The translations under genes were made by a program, and so were the position numbers. The notes beneath the pieces were generated by a model. The model was not told where the DNA came from. It saw only the letters and a program-made list of their open reading frames with translations, and did no database searches. Of a stretch of 64,000 nt of DNA, positions 35,817 through 45,787 are shown piece by piece (within the stretch, counting starts at the first letter, position 1; each line of letters begins with the position of its first letter). The stretch lies in the IMG/VR virus record IMGVR_UViG_3300022602_000026; one strand, 5' to 3'. The DNA is from a virus. Its lineage: Duplodnaviria; Caudoviricetes.

Positions 35817-36757
35817 AATTCAAATCTTTATTATTTGCATTATTGGCAACAACTGTGCTATTGGCCAATGCCGATACTTTCCCGCAACACACAGTAAAAA
35901 TTGTTACTAATTTACCAGTAGGCTCTCCTCCCGATGGAATAACACGTAAAGTAGCCGATGTATTAAGCGCCAAATGGCATGTGCCAGTGGTTGTTGAAAA
36001 CAGACCCGGCGCCAACGGTGTAGTTGGACTTGAAGCATATCTCAAAGAACCTGCAGATGGATATGCTATTTACATAGGCGACTTTGGCAGTTTTGTCACT
36101 ATGCCGACATTGTACAACAAAGATAAATTAGTTAGTCGTGTGCGTACATTGGTGCCAATGTATCAAAATTATTGGGTTATTGTTACGCCCAAATCTATTA
36201 AAAATCTAGATGAACTAAAGGCCGCGGCCAAAATAAAACCCTATTATGGATCTTGGGGAGTTGGCACATCGGGCAATATTTGCGGAGCCGAACTAAGCCA
36301 AGAATTCAAAATTGACGGAGTTCATGCACCATACAAAGAATACGGTCAATGGTTCAGTGATGTCATCAATGGTAATTTGACTTTCTCGTGTGCGTCGGTT
36401 GGAGCAACCGAACAGTACAGAGAAGCAGGTAAATTAAACTACATAGCCATTACTGCTGATACTAGAGATCCCGAATTACCCGGAGTACCGACTATTAAAG
36501 AACTAACAGGAAAACCATTTGATGCCAAAGAGGGATGGATCGGATTTTTTATCAATCGCGATGTTCCGGAAAAGTATATAACACAATTAGAAGCTGACTT
36601 AAGATCGGCAGTGGCCGACAAAGAAACTCAAGAATCTATTGCAATCGTGCGTGGAAAACCCTGGAGTGCTAGTAAAGAGGAATTTGAACATTCGCGAGTA
36701 ACTAGCTATAATAAATACAAAAAGCTCATTAACGAGCTACATATCACAGTAGAATAA
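35813..36757 (+). CDS. Bug/TctC tripartite tricarboxylate transporter substrate-binding protein
   Basis: Signal peptide, VENRPGANG, ADGY, PGVPT. Confidence 0.9.
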   Translation: MKFKSLLFALLATTVLLANADTFPQHTVKIVTNLPVGSPPDGITRKVADVLSAKWHVPVVVENRPGANGVVGLEAYLKEPADGYAIYIGDFGSFVTMPTLYNKDKLVSRVRTLVPMYQNYWVIVTPKSIKNLDELKAAAKIKPYYGSWGVGTSGNICGAELSQEFKIDGVHAPYKEYGQWFSDVINGNLTFSCASVGATEQYREAGKLNYIAITADTRDPELPGVPTIKELTGKPFDAKEGWIGFFINRDVPEKYITQLEADLRSAVADKETQESIAIVRGKPWSASKEEFEHSRVTSYNKYKKLINELHITVE

Positions 36758-37605
36758 TGTTAAATTCAACCCTAGAAATTACAACCATGATTGGTTGTCC
36801 CCTGATGTGCACATTTTGCCCGCAAGACAGCTTGCGTGACGGATACGGCAACGATGTAAAATACATGAGTTTAGAAACTTATAAACAAGTCATTGACGAA
36901 TTGCCCGAGCACTATAGAATAGACTTTTCGGGCATGGCTGAACCCTGGGTCAATCCCGACTGCACTGCCATGTTAGAGTATGCACTGACCAAAGGACGAC
37001 GTGTGGCTGTTTATACAACGTTGTATAATTGGACTCGCGAAGATGTTGATGCAGTTGCAGAACTAATGGTCGAACATGCAGAACAGTTTGATGTGTTTAG
37101 TGTTCACTTTCCCGACGAGTTTGGTAACATGAAGGGATGGAAATACAGTGAAGATTGGGAATATGCCCTACGAGTTGTTTCGGCAGTGGCACAACATGCC
37201 AAGATTAAATTTGAAGGCATGACAATGAGCAACAACGGAGAAGTACACAAGGACCTAGCACACCTTAATGTCAAACTTTGGAATTGGGTCGGACATGATC
37301 GTGCTGGTAGTTTGCCTGCGGATCAAGTAAAAGAAAAACCCTTGTTACAAGCACCTAGACATGATACACCTATCAGATGTGGGAAAACACCACGTTATGA
37401 TCAAAACGTAGTATTGCCAAACGGAGATGTTGTGTTGTGTTGTATGGATTATGACCGAAAGCACATACTGGGCAATTTAAAACAAAACACCATAGAAGAA
37501 ATACGTCGACAAGAACCTTTCAAGGCACTACTAAAAGAAAATGCACAAAGCTGTTTTAGTAATAACAGTTTGTGCAGAACTTGTACTGACGCAGTACCGC
37601 AGTAA
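36757..37605 (+). CDS. Radical SAM/SPASM protein
   Basis: GCPLMCTFCPQ, FSGMAEP, NGDVVLCCMD, CRTC. Confidence 0.9.
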   Translation: MLNSTLEITTMIGCPLMCTFCPQDSLRDGYGNDVKYMSLETYKQVIDELPEHYRIDFSGMAEPWVNPDCTAMLEYALTKGRRVAVYTTLYNWTREDVDAVAELMVEHAEQFDVFSVHFPDEFGNMKGWKYSEDWEYALRVVSAVAQHAKIKFEGMTMSNNGEVHKDLAHLNVKLWNWVGHDRAGSLPADQVKEKPLLQAPRHDTPIRCGKTPRYDQNVVLPNGDVVLCCMDYDRKHILGNLKQNTIEEIRRQEPFKALLKENAQSCFSNNSLCRTCTDAVPQ

Positions 37606-38289
37606 TTAATCCTCGTCAATGCCCCTTAGTTTGATTCTAAAAGATTGAAAACTAAAGGGGCATTTCAACGAGTTCTCAATATGCCACCACAACAAGGTTT
37701 CGGGATGAAATCTTGAACCCGCATCGGCATATTCATTTATGTGATCTACATAAGTTGTAATTTTGCTCATTACATTGCTTCGGGCAGCAAACCATTGGTC
37801 ACATAGCATTTTTTGTCCAACTTGTGCAACAGTGACATTTCGTCCAGGATGCCGAGTCACATAGTCTTGATTGTTCCACCAATGTTTAAAATGCCAATTG
37901 GCCGGAAATAATACGAGATCGGGACTGGCAGTCAATAAACTATCACAGTGCCGAAGATCTATATCGCTATTGATATCAATGTCGGCACGCGACCTAATCA
38001 CAATGTCGTATTTAAAATTGTTTTGTTGTTCAATGGATTGTCTAAACCGGTCGCAATTTTTTATACCTCCGGCCTGCATAAACATAGCCTCGGGAGGCAG
38101 GCCTTTTGTTTGAGTCAGCAGTTTCAATTTACGAGTGGTATTGAGCCCGTCAAAGGTGCTTAAATGTTCTTCTCGAGAGATAACATATTCGGGGCCTTGT
38201 TCTAATAGAGCTTGATTTAATGCTTGGTAGTGTAGTTCTCTACTGTCAATCAGCACTCCGTCAAGATCAAATATAACTAACTTGTTCAT
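37606..38289 (-). CDS. Chimeric ORF: truncated HAD phosphatase N-terminus fused to GT-like C-terminus
   Basis: IFDLDGVLID motif I only; KYDIVIRSRAD and DQWFA after aa ~67. Confidence 0.7.
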   Translation of the reverse strand: MNKLVIFDLDGVLIDSRELHYQALNQALLEQGPEYVISREEHLSTFDGLNTTRKLKLLTQTKGLPPEAMFMQAGGIKNCDRFRQSIEQQNNFKYDIVIRSRADIDINSDIDLRHCDSLLTASPDLVLFPANWHFKHWWNNQDYVTRHPGRNVTVAQVGQKMLCDQWFAARSNVMSKITTYVDHINEYADAGSRFHPETLLWWHIENSLKCPFSFQSFRIKLRGIDED

Positions 38290-38768
38290 CGTTTGCGTTT
38301 TAAATTCATATACGCAGGACCCACTGTGTTAATAAAATCCGGGAACTGCTCTCTAAGCTCGTCAACTGTGGCCGGCTTGTAAATTCGAATGTTTGGCAAA
38401 CTGGCCAATACTGCTTCGTCATCGTGTGCCCAATGGCTAATGCCGTCGTGCTCGTAATCTTGATCTCGGCCCGAACCTACCAGTTTAACGTTGGTGCCTT
38501 CGTGATTGAGATAGTTGCGTAAGATTTCAAACGGACGATACAGTACAAAACTGCTCATGCTATAACATACCGGAATCAGGCCCTCTTGTGCCATGCCCAC
38601 TGCCATGCCCACCATGAGTTGCTCGGCTGCTCCCACATTGTAAAAACTTTCGATATGATGGTCTTTGATATGATCTAGAATACCATAGCCCAGGTCTGCA
38701 GTGATCAATTTGATTTTTTTATTGGTGTACATTTCTTCACCAAGTAATGCTGCAAAGGTATTTCTCAT
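38286..38768 (-). CDS. Transketolase-like, pyrimidine-binding half
   Basis: TADLG, NVGAAEQ, FVLYRPFE, ISHWA. Confidence 0.9.
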   Translation of the reverse strand: MRNTFAALLGEEMYTNKKIKLITADLGYGILDHIKDHHIESFYNVGAAEQLMVGMAVGMAQEGLIPVCYSMSSFVLYRPFEILRNYLNHEGTNVKLVGSGRDQDYEHDGISHWAHDDEAVLASLPNIRIYKPATVDELREQFPDFINTVGPAYMNLKRKR

Positions 38769-39376
38769 TTTAGTGCCTTGTATTCTTGTTCGCTGAGTAC
38801 ATGATAGTGTGTCTTGAGTCCAGTGACTGCACCCAATGGTACGGGATCACTGATTCTAATATTGATACGTGGAAGGAATGCTCGTAATCGCATGGCCAAT
38901 CGATTGCTATCGATCATGTCGTATGCGCCCATACCGTTTATGTTTGCGTAGACATGTAAATTATTTACATAGTTGTCGTTGATAAATCTCAATGCTTCCC
39001 AAACACTGCCTTCGGCGCATTCGCCATCGCTGATCATACAGTATACATTCTTTTCGGGTGTAGCACAAGCATGGCCTACAGCAATGGTTAGGCCCAGTCC
39101 CAAACTGCCGGTACTGACATACAACTTGTTTTCTAAATCTCTATTGGGATGTATACCATGTTTGTGTAACAACATAACAGGATCAATACCGTATAGCTCT
39201 TCTAATTTACAATATAGTGCAAGCCCGGCATGCCCGTTACTGAGTACAAATACCTCGTCATCTTTCTTTACGGAATATATTTCATCTATAATAGGAGCTG
39301 CACTTAGGCAACTGCTCAAATGACTTTGCCGTTCTTGATAGGTAATATCAATTATTCTTTGTTGTAGTTTATTCAT
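38765..39376 (-). CDS. Transketolase-like, TPP-binding half
   Basis: HLSSCLS, LSNGHA, STGSLG, SDGECAEG. Confidence 0.9.
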   Translation of the reverse strand: MNKLQQRIIDITYQERQSHLSSCLSAAPIIDEIYSVKKDDEVFVLSNGHAGLALYCKLEELYGIDPVMLLHKHGIHPNRDLENKLYVSTGSLGLGLTIAVGHACATPEKNVYCMISDGECAEGSVWEALRFINDNYVNNLHVYANINGMGAYDMIDSNRLAMRLRAFLPRINIRISDPVPLGAVTGLKTHYHVLSEQEYKALK

Positions 39377-39929
39377 GTTTAAAAATTACAAGTAATCCTC
39401 GTTGGCAACGCTCGTCGTCTCTACTGTTCAAATTGAACAAATGATGTGACAATCCATACTCTCGGCATTTATCATATATTTGTAAAAGATTCGGAAACGA
39501 ATCGGGTTCGTTATAGGTGTTGATATCGTGATACACCAGTATGCCATTGACGTTTAACAAGGTATCAAACACATGCTCGAACCATTTTTCGGCATTGTGA
39601 TGATCTCCATCGCTCATGATAAAATCAAATGTTTTATCAGTACCAAATACAAAATCTCGTTCATCACTGTCAACAATCGTAATACAACTAGCATATTTTT
39701 CATCTACTCCTGCAGGACGTTTACGACCCCAGTCCAGCCAATTATCGACTAATGTGTACTCGAACTTTTGCTGATTAAAATCCAAAGCATCTAAAATTGC
39801 GTCAGTGGCTTGTCCGCCACCTAATCCAATTTCCAGTATTGTTTTTGGTTTGTTGCTTTGTACTAGTCCTACTAATAGATTAGCATGTGCAACATCGATT
39901 TTGACCAATGGATGACTATCATGTGCCAT
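39369..39929 (-). CDS. Class I SAM methyltransferase
   Basis: ILEIGLGGG, FIMSDGDH, GILVYHD. Confidence 0.85.
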   Translation of the reverse strand: MAHDSHPLVKIDVAHANLLVGLVQSNKPKTILEIGLGGGQATDAILDALDFNQQKFEYTLVDNWLDWGRKRPAGVDEKYASCITIVDSDERDFVFGTDKTFDFIMSDGDHHNAEKWFEHVFDTLLNVNGILVYHDINTYNEPDSFPNLLQIYDKCREYGLSHHLFNLNSRDDERCQRGLLVIFKHE

Positions 39930-40758
39930 TATTTTTTTCCTTATTATTAATAAATCCTCTTATACCCTGTGCCAGTGTGTACTGTGTTTTAAATCCGTAT
40001 TGATTAAACGCATAAGTGGTATCACAACACCAAAAAGCAGCATCACGTTGGGCATGTTGCATTTGGCCACCTTGGTAGTCTACCGGAGCATCGGTTCTAC
40101 CGGTGACCTGTTGCCATGCTTGTAGTACTTCCAAGTTAGTGGTCGGCGTACCACTACCAAAGTTGATGATGTCGCCCTGCACAAAACCTTTTGTGACAAG
40201 AGTATCTATACCACGTACAAAATCATCTATATAGATAAAGTCATGTACGCCATCAAACAACCGCATGGGTTCGTCGTTAAAAAAGGCGCGATACAGAGTA
40301 GGAAACAAGCGTCTTTCTTTCTCGTAGGCGCCATAACCGCTGTAAATTCGTGCCACACATACGTCTAAATGATAGTGTCTAGCATAGCCTTGGCACAGTA
40401 ATGTACCTGCGCCTTTAGTGGCTTCGTATACATTTAAGGGATTGATTCTGTCGGTTTCACGACTGGGACGATCCAGTGCACCATACTCACTGCTACTACC
40501 CACGTGTATCATTCGGGTACGAGGATTGCGGCGCACCCATTCCAATATGTTTTCTACCATAACAACATTGGTCTTAAACATATTTTCTGGATTATAAATT
40601 TCACCAGCACAATGGATAATTAAATCGGGCTGCTCTACTATCAGTTGCGTGACAATATCCGTGCCACGAACATACTCGACAATGGTATGATTGGACTCGT
40701 AATACTCTTTAAGACTACGTCCCAAGAAGCCACTAGTGCCGGTTATAAATATCTTCAT
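39919..40758 (-). CDS. NAD-dependent sugar epimerase/dehydratase
   Basis: ITGTSGFLG, GSSSEYG, YEATK, HDFIYIDD. Confidence 0.92.
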   Translation of the reverse strand: MKIFITGTSGFLGRSLKEYYESNHTIVEYVRGTDIVTQLIVEQPDLIIHCAGEIYNPENMFKTNVVMVENILEWVRRNPRTRMIHVGSSSEYGALDRPSRETDRINPLNVYEATKGAGTLLCQGYARHYHLDVCVARIYSGYGAYEKERRLFPTLYRAFFNDEPMRLFDGVHDFIYIDDFVRGIDTLVTKGFVQGDIINFGSGTPTTNLEVLQAWQQVTGRTDAPVDYQGGQMQHAQRDAAFWCCDTTYAFNQYGFKTQYTLAQGIRGFINNKEKNNGT

Positions 40759-41396
40759 CTAACTATTTGAGTTAACATTTTTGCGGCCTGATCCATGCGT
40801 AATGGCTTGTGCAGTCCGGGCCAATGCACAATCCAATCTCCTGGAGTCCATTCGCCACTATTGCCCAATACGTCTGTGCGTACATCGCAATAGTCGTATG
40901 GAGCTTGAATATAACTGTTCATGTACTTTTGTGGGACAATTTTTACAATGTCCATGTGATCTTGAATTGTATCAATAATCACTTGTTGTTCGGCCCATTC
41001 GGCATCTTTGTAAGCGGGCTCGGCCGCCATAATCATTTGCAAGTATGCACGACCCTGTTTACTGTTACGTGCCAAGAAGTTTCCGGCATTTAAGTTTAGT
41101 CTATCTACTGGAATAATAAAATGGTAATCGTTGTCGATTTTATCTTCAATTGTGATAGTTAAATTGGTAACAGTTGCGTCACACTCGGTGAACAACAACC
41201 AATCAATATCGGGATATTGATCAAATAAATCAAGCACAAACCCAATTTTGTTAAAGCCCATACATTCACTGTATTTCTTTTCTTTGAGCACAAAGAATTT
41301 ATATCCATGTAGATCGCAGTACTCTCGTTTGGGAGCATCAGTTAAGTCAGCGAGGTCTTGATAATTATCCAAATTGATTGAAGCTACAGCGTGCAT
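40755..41396 (-). CDS. Glycosyltransferase, GT34/Mnn10-like
   Basis: FNKIG, WLLFTECD, LNAGNFL, AEQQ, GDWIVHWPG. Confidence 0.8.
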   Translation of the reverse strand: MHAVASINLDNYQDLADLTDAPKREYCDLHGYKFFVLKEKKYSECMGFNKIGFVLDLFDQYPDIDWLLFTECDATVTNLTITIEDKIDNDYHFIIPVDRLNLNAGNFLARNSKQGRAYLQMIMAAEPAYKDAEWAEQQVIIDTIQDHMDIVKIVPQKYMNSYIQAPYDYCDVRTDVLGNSGEWTPGDWIVHWPGLHKPLRMDQAAKMLTQIVR

Positions 41397-41420
41397 TGGG
41401 TTCCTTGAAAATTTGTGTCA

Positions 41421-41443
41421 AGTATTTATCATGCTTAAATACT
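41421..41443. promoter_or_regulatory. Back-to-back late promoters
   Basis: AGTATTTA-N7-TAAATACT inverted repeat between divergent GT operons. Confidence 0.65.
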
Positions 41444-41446
41444 CGT

Positions 41447-42304
41447 ATGAAAAATAAAATATACGATTGTTTTACATTTTATAATGAACTTGATCTATTA
41501 GAAATACGTTTACGTGAATTATACACTCTAGTAGACGAGTTTGTCATTGTGGAATCTAACCAAACATTTACCGGCAATAAAAAGCCCTGGAACTTTGAAG
41601 CCAATGTAGATAGATACAGCAACTACATGGACAAGATCACTTATGTTCGAGTCAAAGACATGCCCAATACCGGCAATCCCTGGGACAACGAAATACACCA
41701 AAGGAATGCAATACTACGCGGAATCAAAGACGCTAAAAAAGATGATTTGATCATGATATCGGATGTGGACGAGATCGTTCGTCCTCGAGCAGTGGAATAC
41801 ATGCGCGACAGTGATCAAACACTGTTTGCTCTAAGAATGCCAATTTATAATTTTAAATTTAACTATATGAAATTAAATCCAGACCGTTATAATATCTGGG
41901 CAATGGCAGCAAGGAAAAGTACATTCAGCGACATCACTCCCAATAGTCTAAGAGATTTACGATTCAGCTTCTTTCAAACTCCGTACCAATTCAAAAACGA
42001 CGGGTGCGAAGTCATTGAACATAGCGGATGGCATTTTGGTTATTTGGGCGATAACGACATGCTAAAAAACAAAGCTCAAAATTTTAGCCATCAAGAAGTT
42101 AACCGTCCCGACTTCCTAGAACAAATTGATGTTGAAACCAGCATACGAAATCGCAAGAGCTGGGATCAAAGCAGTCAGGATCAGTATGTAATAGTCAAAT
42201 TAGACAATTACTTTCCTAAATCACTAGTTGATTATCCCGAGTTCGTACTAGAAGAATTTGAACATACTGCATTTGACTTACTACCAGAATTTCCATATAA
42301 TTAA
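41447..42304 (+). CDS. Glycosyltransferase family 17
   Basis: YDCFTFYNELDLLEIR, EIHQRN, ISDVDEI, GWHF. Confidence 0.9.
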   Translation: MKNKIYDCFTFYNELDLLEIRLRELYTLVDEFVIVESNQTFTGNKKPWNFEANVDRYSNYMDKITYVRVKDMPNTGNPWDNEIHQRNAILRGIKDAKKDDLIMISDVDEIVRPRAVEYMRDSDQTLFALRMPIYNFKFNYMKLNPDRYNIWAMAARKSTFSDITPNSLRDLRFSFFQTPYQFKNDGCEVIEHSGWHFGYLGDNDMLKNKAQNFSHQEVNRPDFLEQIDVETSIRNRKSWDQSSQDQYVIVKLDNYFPKSLVDYPEFVLEEFEHTAFDLLPEFPYN

Positions 42305-42307
42305 CCT

Positions 42308-43024
42308 ATGACACACAAATTCGCATTCATGGTAACCAGCGCCATTAACACCAAGTTTGGCGTTTACGACACCGACACTAGACTAAAACAAACACTAGAA
42401 ACCGTTGTCAGCATTAAAAAATATGTACCCGATGCTCGAATCATTTTAGTTGAATGTGGGGCAATACCTTTAACCCCTGTACAGGAAACAACTCTTGAAG
42501 CCGAAGTAGATGAAATTATCAGCTATAACGATGACGAAGACGTCAAGGCAATCTTTGTATCAGACAACTGGGACGTGGTTAAAAATACCACAGAAGTAAT
42601 GTGCTTTAGACGTGCATTGCAACATTGTTTGGATTATAATTTATTTAATGACGTTGACCGTGTATTCAAAATGTCGGGACGTTATAGACTAAATGACAAC
42701 TTTGATCCAGCACAATACGTTATGGCTCCGCACAGTATTGTTACAACACATAAACATGCCAGTCAATTTCCCTATCAAGTCACACTAGTAGAATATCAAT
42801 ACATGAGCCGACTGTGGAGTTGGCCTGCCGACATTACACAACGCATCATTGATGAAGTGTACGATGCTGGCTTAAACTACATGGCCGAACGTTTGAGCCA
42901 AGGTGGCTACTGTGATATTGAACACATGCTTTACAAATTCCTACCGGCCGATTTAATATTAGAAGTTGCCAAAGTGGGACTAGAAGGCAACATTGGACCA
43001 AATGGAGCAACAGTAAGTGATTAA
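42308..43024 (+). CDS. Hypothetical glycan-cluster protein (GT-like)
   Basis: VTSAIN, FKMSGRY, DIEH. Confidence 0.6.
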   Translation: MTHKFAFMVTSAINTKFGVYDTDTRLKQTLETVVSIKKYVPDARIILVECGAIPLTPVQETTLEAEVDEIISYNDDEDVKAIFVSDNWDVVKNTTEVMCFRRALQHCLDYNLFNDVDRVFKMSGRYRLNDNFDPAQYVMAPHSIVTTHKHASQFPYQVTLVEYQYMSRLWSWPADITQRIIDEVYDAGLNYMAERLSQGGYCDIEHMLYKFLPADLILEVAKVGLEGNIGPNGATVSD

Positions 43025-43913
43025 CATAGATCAACCCATTAACATATTAGTACAACGTCGTGGAGCAATTGGTGATTGTGTAATGACCACTGGCGTAATA
43101 AGAGAACTAAAACAACAATACGGCCCAACTGCCAATATCGATGTGGCCAGTGATGTACTAGAAGTGTATCGCAACAACCCGCACATTCGAGCAGTGATTC
43201 CGGTAGATGCAGTTACCGATCCGCGAGTATACGACAAGTATGTTAATTTGGATTTGGCCTACGAACTAAATCCTCGTAATCATCTCATAGACAGTATGTT
43301 TTATCGTGCATTTGGCCGCCATACATTTAATCAAGCCGTAGAGTTGTTTCCTGATCATCAGGACCGTCAAACTGTAGATCGATTGTTAATGGACATCGAC
43401 TCGCAGTTTGTTGTGGTTCATATGCGTAATTGGCATTGGCAGGCCAAAAACATCTCGATGGATGTTTGGTTTAGTGTATTTGTAGAGTTATTTGAAACAC
43501 GCACCGATTTTAAAATTGTCTGTGTTGGTGGAGCCAGCGATGGGTATTTAGAAGAACATCCCAACTTTGTTGATGCCAGAGACCGACTCAACATACAACA
43601 ACAAAAATATCTTTGTGATCATGCACAATGTTTTGTGGGCATAGACTCTAGTCCGTATTGGGCAGCCGCTGCCAGCAAAACACATATCGTGAGTCTAAGC
43701 ACATTGTTTAGAAACGAACAAGTAATGCCCTATCGGGATAGAGAAATGGGACACGACTGTACTCCGATTGCTACACTGGAAGATTGTGCCGGATGCTGGG
43801 AAACACTGCCAACACCAGTACGCCAACCTTATTGTCGAAAAGGTACAACACCTTGCAACAACAACTTTGACACTGCGGCAATTGCAACAGCAATACTAGG
43901 AACATTAAAATGA
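43017..43913 (+). CDS. Glycosyltransferase family 9-like
   Basis: GAIGDCVMTT, FVGIDSS, Cys-rich C-terminus. Confidence 0.8.
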   Translation: MINIDQPINILVQRRGAIGDCVMTTGVIRELKQQYGPTANIDVASDVLEVYRNNPHIRAVIPVDAVTDPRVYDKYVNLDLAYELNPRNHLIDSMFYRAFGRHTFNQAVELFPDHQDRQTVDRLLMDIDSQFVVVHMRNWHWQAKNISMDVWFSVFVELFETRTDFKIVCVGGASDGYLEEHPNFVDARDRLNIQQQKYLCDHAQCFVGIDSSPYWAAAASKTHIVSLSTLFRNEQVMPYRDREMGHDCTPIATLEDCAGCWETLPTPVRQPYCRKGTTPCNNNFDTAAIATAILGTLK

Positions 43914-44290
43914 TAGTAATGGCACCAATATCAGTGGGCGAATTAATTGACAAAATCACAATACTAGGTATCAAGAAAGAACTGCTTACCGATTCCAACA
44001 AGTTACACAATGTGGATATAGAGTTAAACGAATTAGGGGTTATCCTACGTGCTCTTAAACTGCCCGATATAGCCGACTTGCAACATCAACTGAGAATGGT
44101 AAATCGAGAGTTGTGGCACATTGAAGACTACAAACGCAACTGTGAACGCACACAAGAGTTTGGTGATGGATTTGTTAATGCTGCAAGACAAGTTTATCTC
44201 AAGAACGATCTCAGAGCCAAAATAAAACGCGACATCAACACTCGATGTGGCAGCACCATAGTAGAGGAAAAAAGCTATGGCAACATTTAA
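43910..44290 (+). CDS. DUF6165-like protein
   Basis: APISVGELIDKITIL, LWHIED, RAKIKRDIN, EEKSY. Confidence 0.8.
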   Translation: MIVMAPISVGELIDKITILGIKKELLTDSNKLHNVDIELNELGVILRALKLPDIADLQHQLRMVNRELWHIEDYKRNCERTQEFGDGFVNAARQVYLKNDLRAKIKRDINTRCGSTIVEEKSYGNI

Positions 44291-45062
44291 ACACTCGGGA
44301 ACACTGGGCGACTTGATCTACAGCCTAAGTGTTGTTAAAAAAATGGCAGTGGACAACAATGCTGTATTTTTGGTTGCACTAAACAATTTAGAAGACACAG
44401 TAGCAAAGTACAGTAGAAATCCTTTGGTACCAGAATCTGTAGATCCTGCACATGCGGGACGTTTTACCTACCAAGACTACGAGTGGTTAAAGCCATTGCT
44501 TAATCGTCAACCCTACATACACTACTCGGGTACATGGACACAGGGCACACCCGAACCTGATGTGGATCTAGATCATTTTCGCACTGTGTTGTTTCGCACA
44601 CTAGAAGGCAACTATGTACAGGCCTATCATCAGGCATTCAATTTACCATTTACAATGAGCGATTATGACACTCCGTGGTTGGAAGCAGATGCTATTAAAA
44701 CACGACCGATAGTTGTCAGTAGAACATTTAGATATCGTAGCACAGAACCTGCAGCCACTGCCAGTCATATGCAAATGGCCCAAGATGCTGATTTGGAAAA
44801 CAATGGCATTTTTGTGGGCACGTATGCTGAACACGAAGACTATGTTCGATCCACGCAAGTTAATATTCCCTATCGTCCAGTACGAGACTTTTTGGAACTT
44901 GCAGGCATTATTGCTGGAGCTGAAATGATTGTGGCCAATCAAAACTTTGTTTATAGTCTTGCAATGGGACTGGGAAAAAGCACAGTATTAGAAACAATAA
45001 AAATCAAACCCCTGCAAATGAACGAGTGCTTCTTTCCTCGCACTAACTGCCAGTATTTCTAG
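44277..45062 (+). CDS. GT9-like protein
   Basis: HSGTLGDLIYSL, IVANQ. Confidence 0.65.
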   Translation: MATFKHSGTLGDLIYSLSVVKKMAVDNNAVFLVALNNLEDTVAKYSRNPLVPESVDPAHAGRFTYQDYEWLKPLLNRQPYIHYSGTWTQGTPEPDVDLDHFRTVLFRTLEGNYVQAYHQAFNLPFTMSDYDTPWLEADAIKTRPIVVSRTFRYRSTEPAATASHMQMAQDADLENNGIFVGTYAEHEDYVRSTQVNIPYRPVRDFLELAGIIAGAEMIVANQNFVYSLAMGLGKSTVLETIKIKPLQMNECFFPRTNCQYF

Positions 45063-45145
45063 TGTTGCGTTTGTACAACTCCTAATTTGCCCAAAAATGG
45101 CAAAGTTGCTATAATAGATGTATAGTAAATAAAAAGGAGTTAGTA
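45063..45145 (+). promoter_or_regulatory. Early promoter cassette copy 1
   Basis: TGTTG-N8-CAAC, TTGCCC-17-TATAAT, AAGGAG. Confidence 0.85.
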
Positions 45146-45391
45146 ATGCGCTACACATCAATTTCCCCCTCAACTCTTTTTGTAAAACTTGTGCTCGTAA
45201 AGCGTCCTTATAGCGAGGAGCCTGTTAACTATCTCTTAATTGCAGATACACATCGTGCAATTAAAGTTACTACAGCTCCGTATCGTATGCACATTCCGCT
45301 AGAATCTTTTAATGCAGAACTTGTACCTTTGCAAGTAGAATCTATGCGTAAAAAGTATAATTTTGCAGAAGTGCAGTTTGTTGCAAAATAA
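45146..45391 (+). CDS. Early hypothetical protein
   Basis: 81 aa behind cassette RBS. Confidence 0.75.
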   Translation: MRYTSISPSTLFVKLVLVKRPYSEEPVNYLLIADTHRAIKVTTAPYRMHIPLESFNAELVPLQVESMRKKYNFAEVQFVAK

Positions 45392-45463
45392 CAACAGGCA
45401 ATTTGCCCAGAAATGGGCATTTTGCTATAATAGAAGCATAAGTTAATAAATCAGGAGTTAAAA
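45379..45463 (+). promoter_or_regulatory. Early promoter cassette copy 2
   Basis: Same consensus. Confidence 0.85.
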
Positions 45464-45712
45464 ATGCGTAGAAAAGCAATCGTCCCCGGACTCAAAAACA
45501 GTCAAAAAATTCGTGTAATTGTAAACGGTGTAAACTTTGTTACTACTGTTGAGGGCATGACCCAAATGGGCAATACCGAGCAAAGAATTGCAGTTTGGAA
45601 TGCATTAGAAACTATCGCTCGTGAAAAGATTACAGGATTCGCTGGTAGTACTCGTGTATACGACTACAAAATGATCGCTAAAATTGTAGATTTCCAAGTT
45701 GACTTGTTGTAA
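45464..45712 (+). CDS. Early hypothetical protein
   Basis: 82 aa behind cassette RBS. Confidence 0.75.
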   Translation: MRRKAIVPGLKNSQKIRVIVNGVNFVTTVEGMTQMGNTEQRIAVWNALETIAREKITGFAGSTRVYDYKMIAKIVDFQVDLL

Positions 45713-45787
45713 AAGTACAACACCAGATTTGCCCAAAAATGGCGGTTTTGCTATAATATGAGTATAGTAAATAACAAGGAGTTACAG
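45705..45787 (+). promoter_or_regulatory. Early promoter cassette copy 3
   Basis: Same consensus. Confidence 0.85.
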
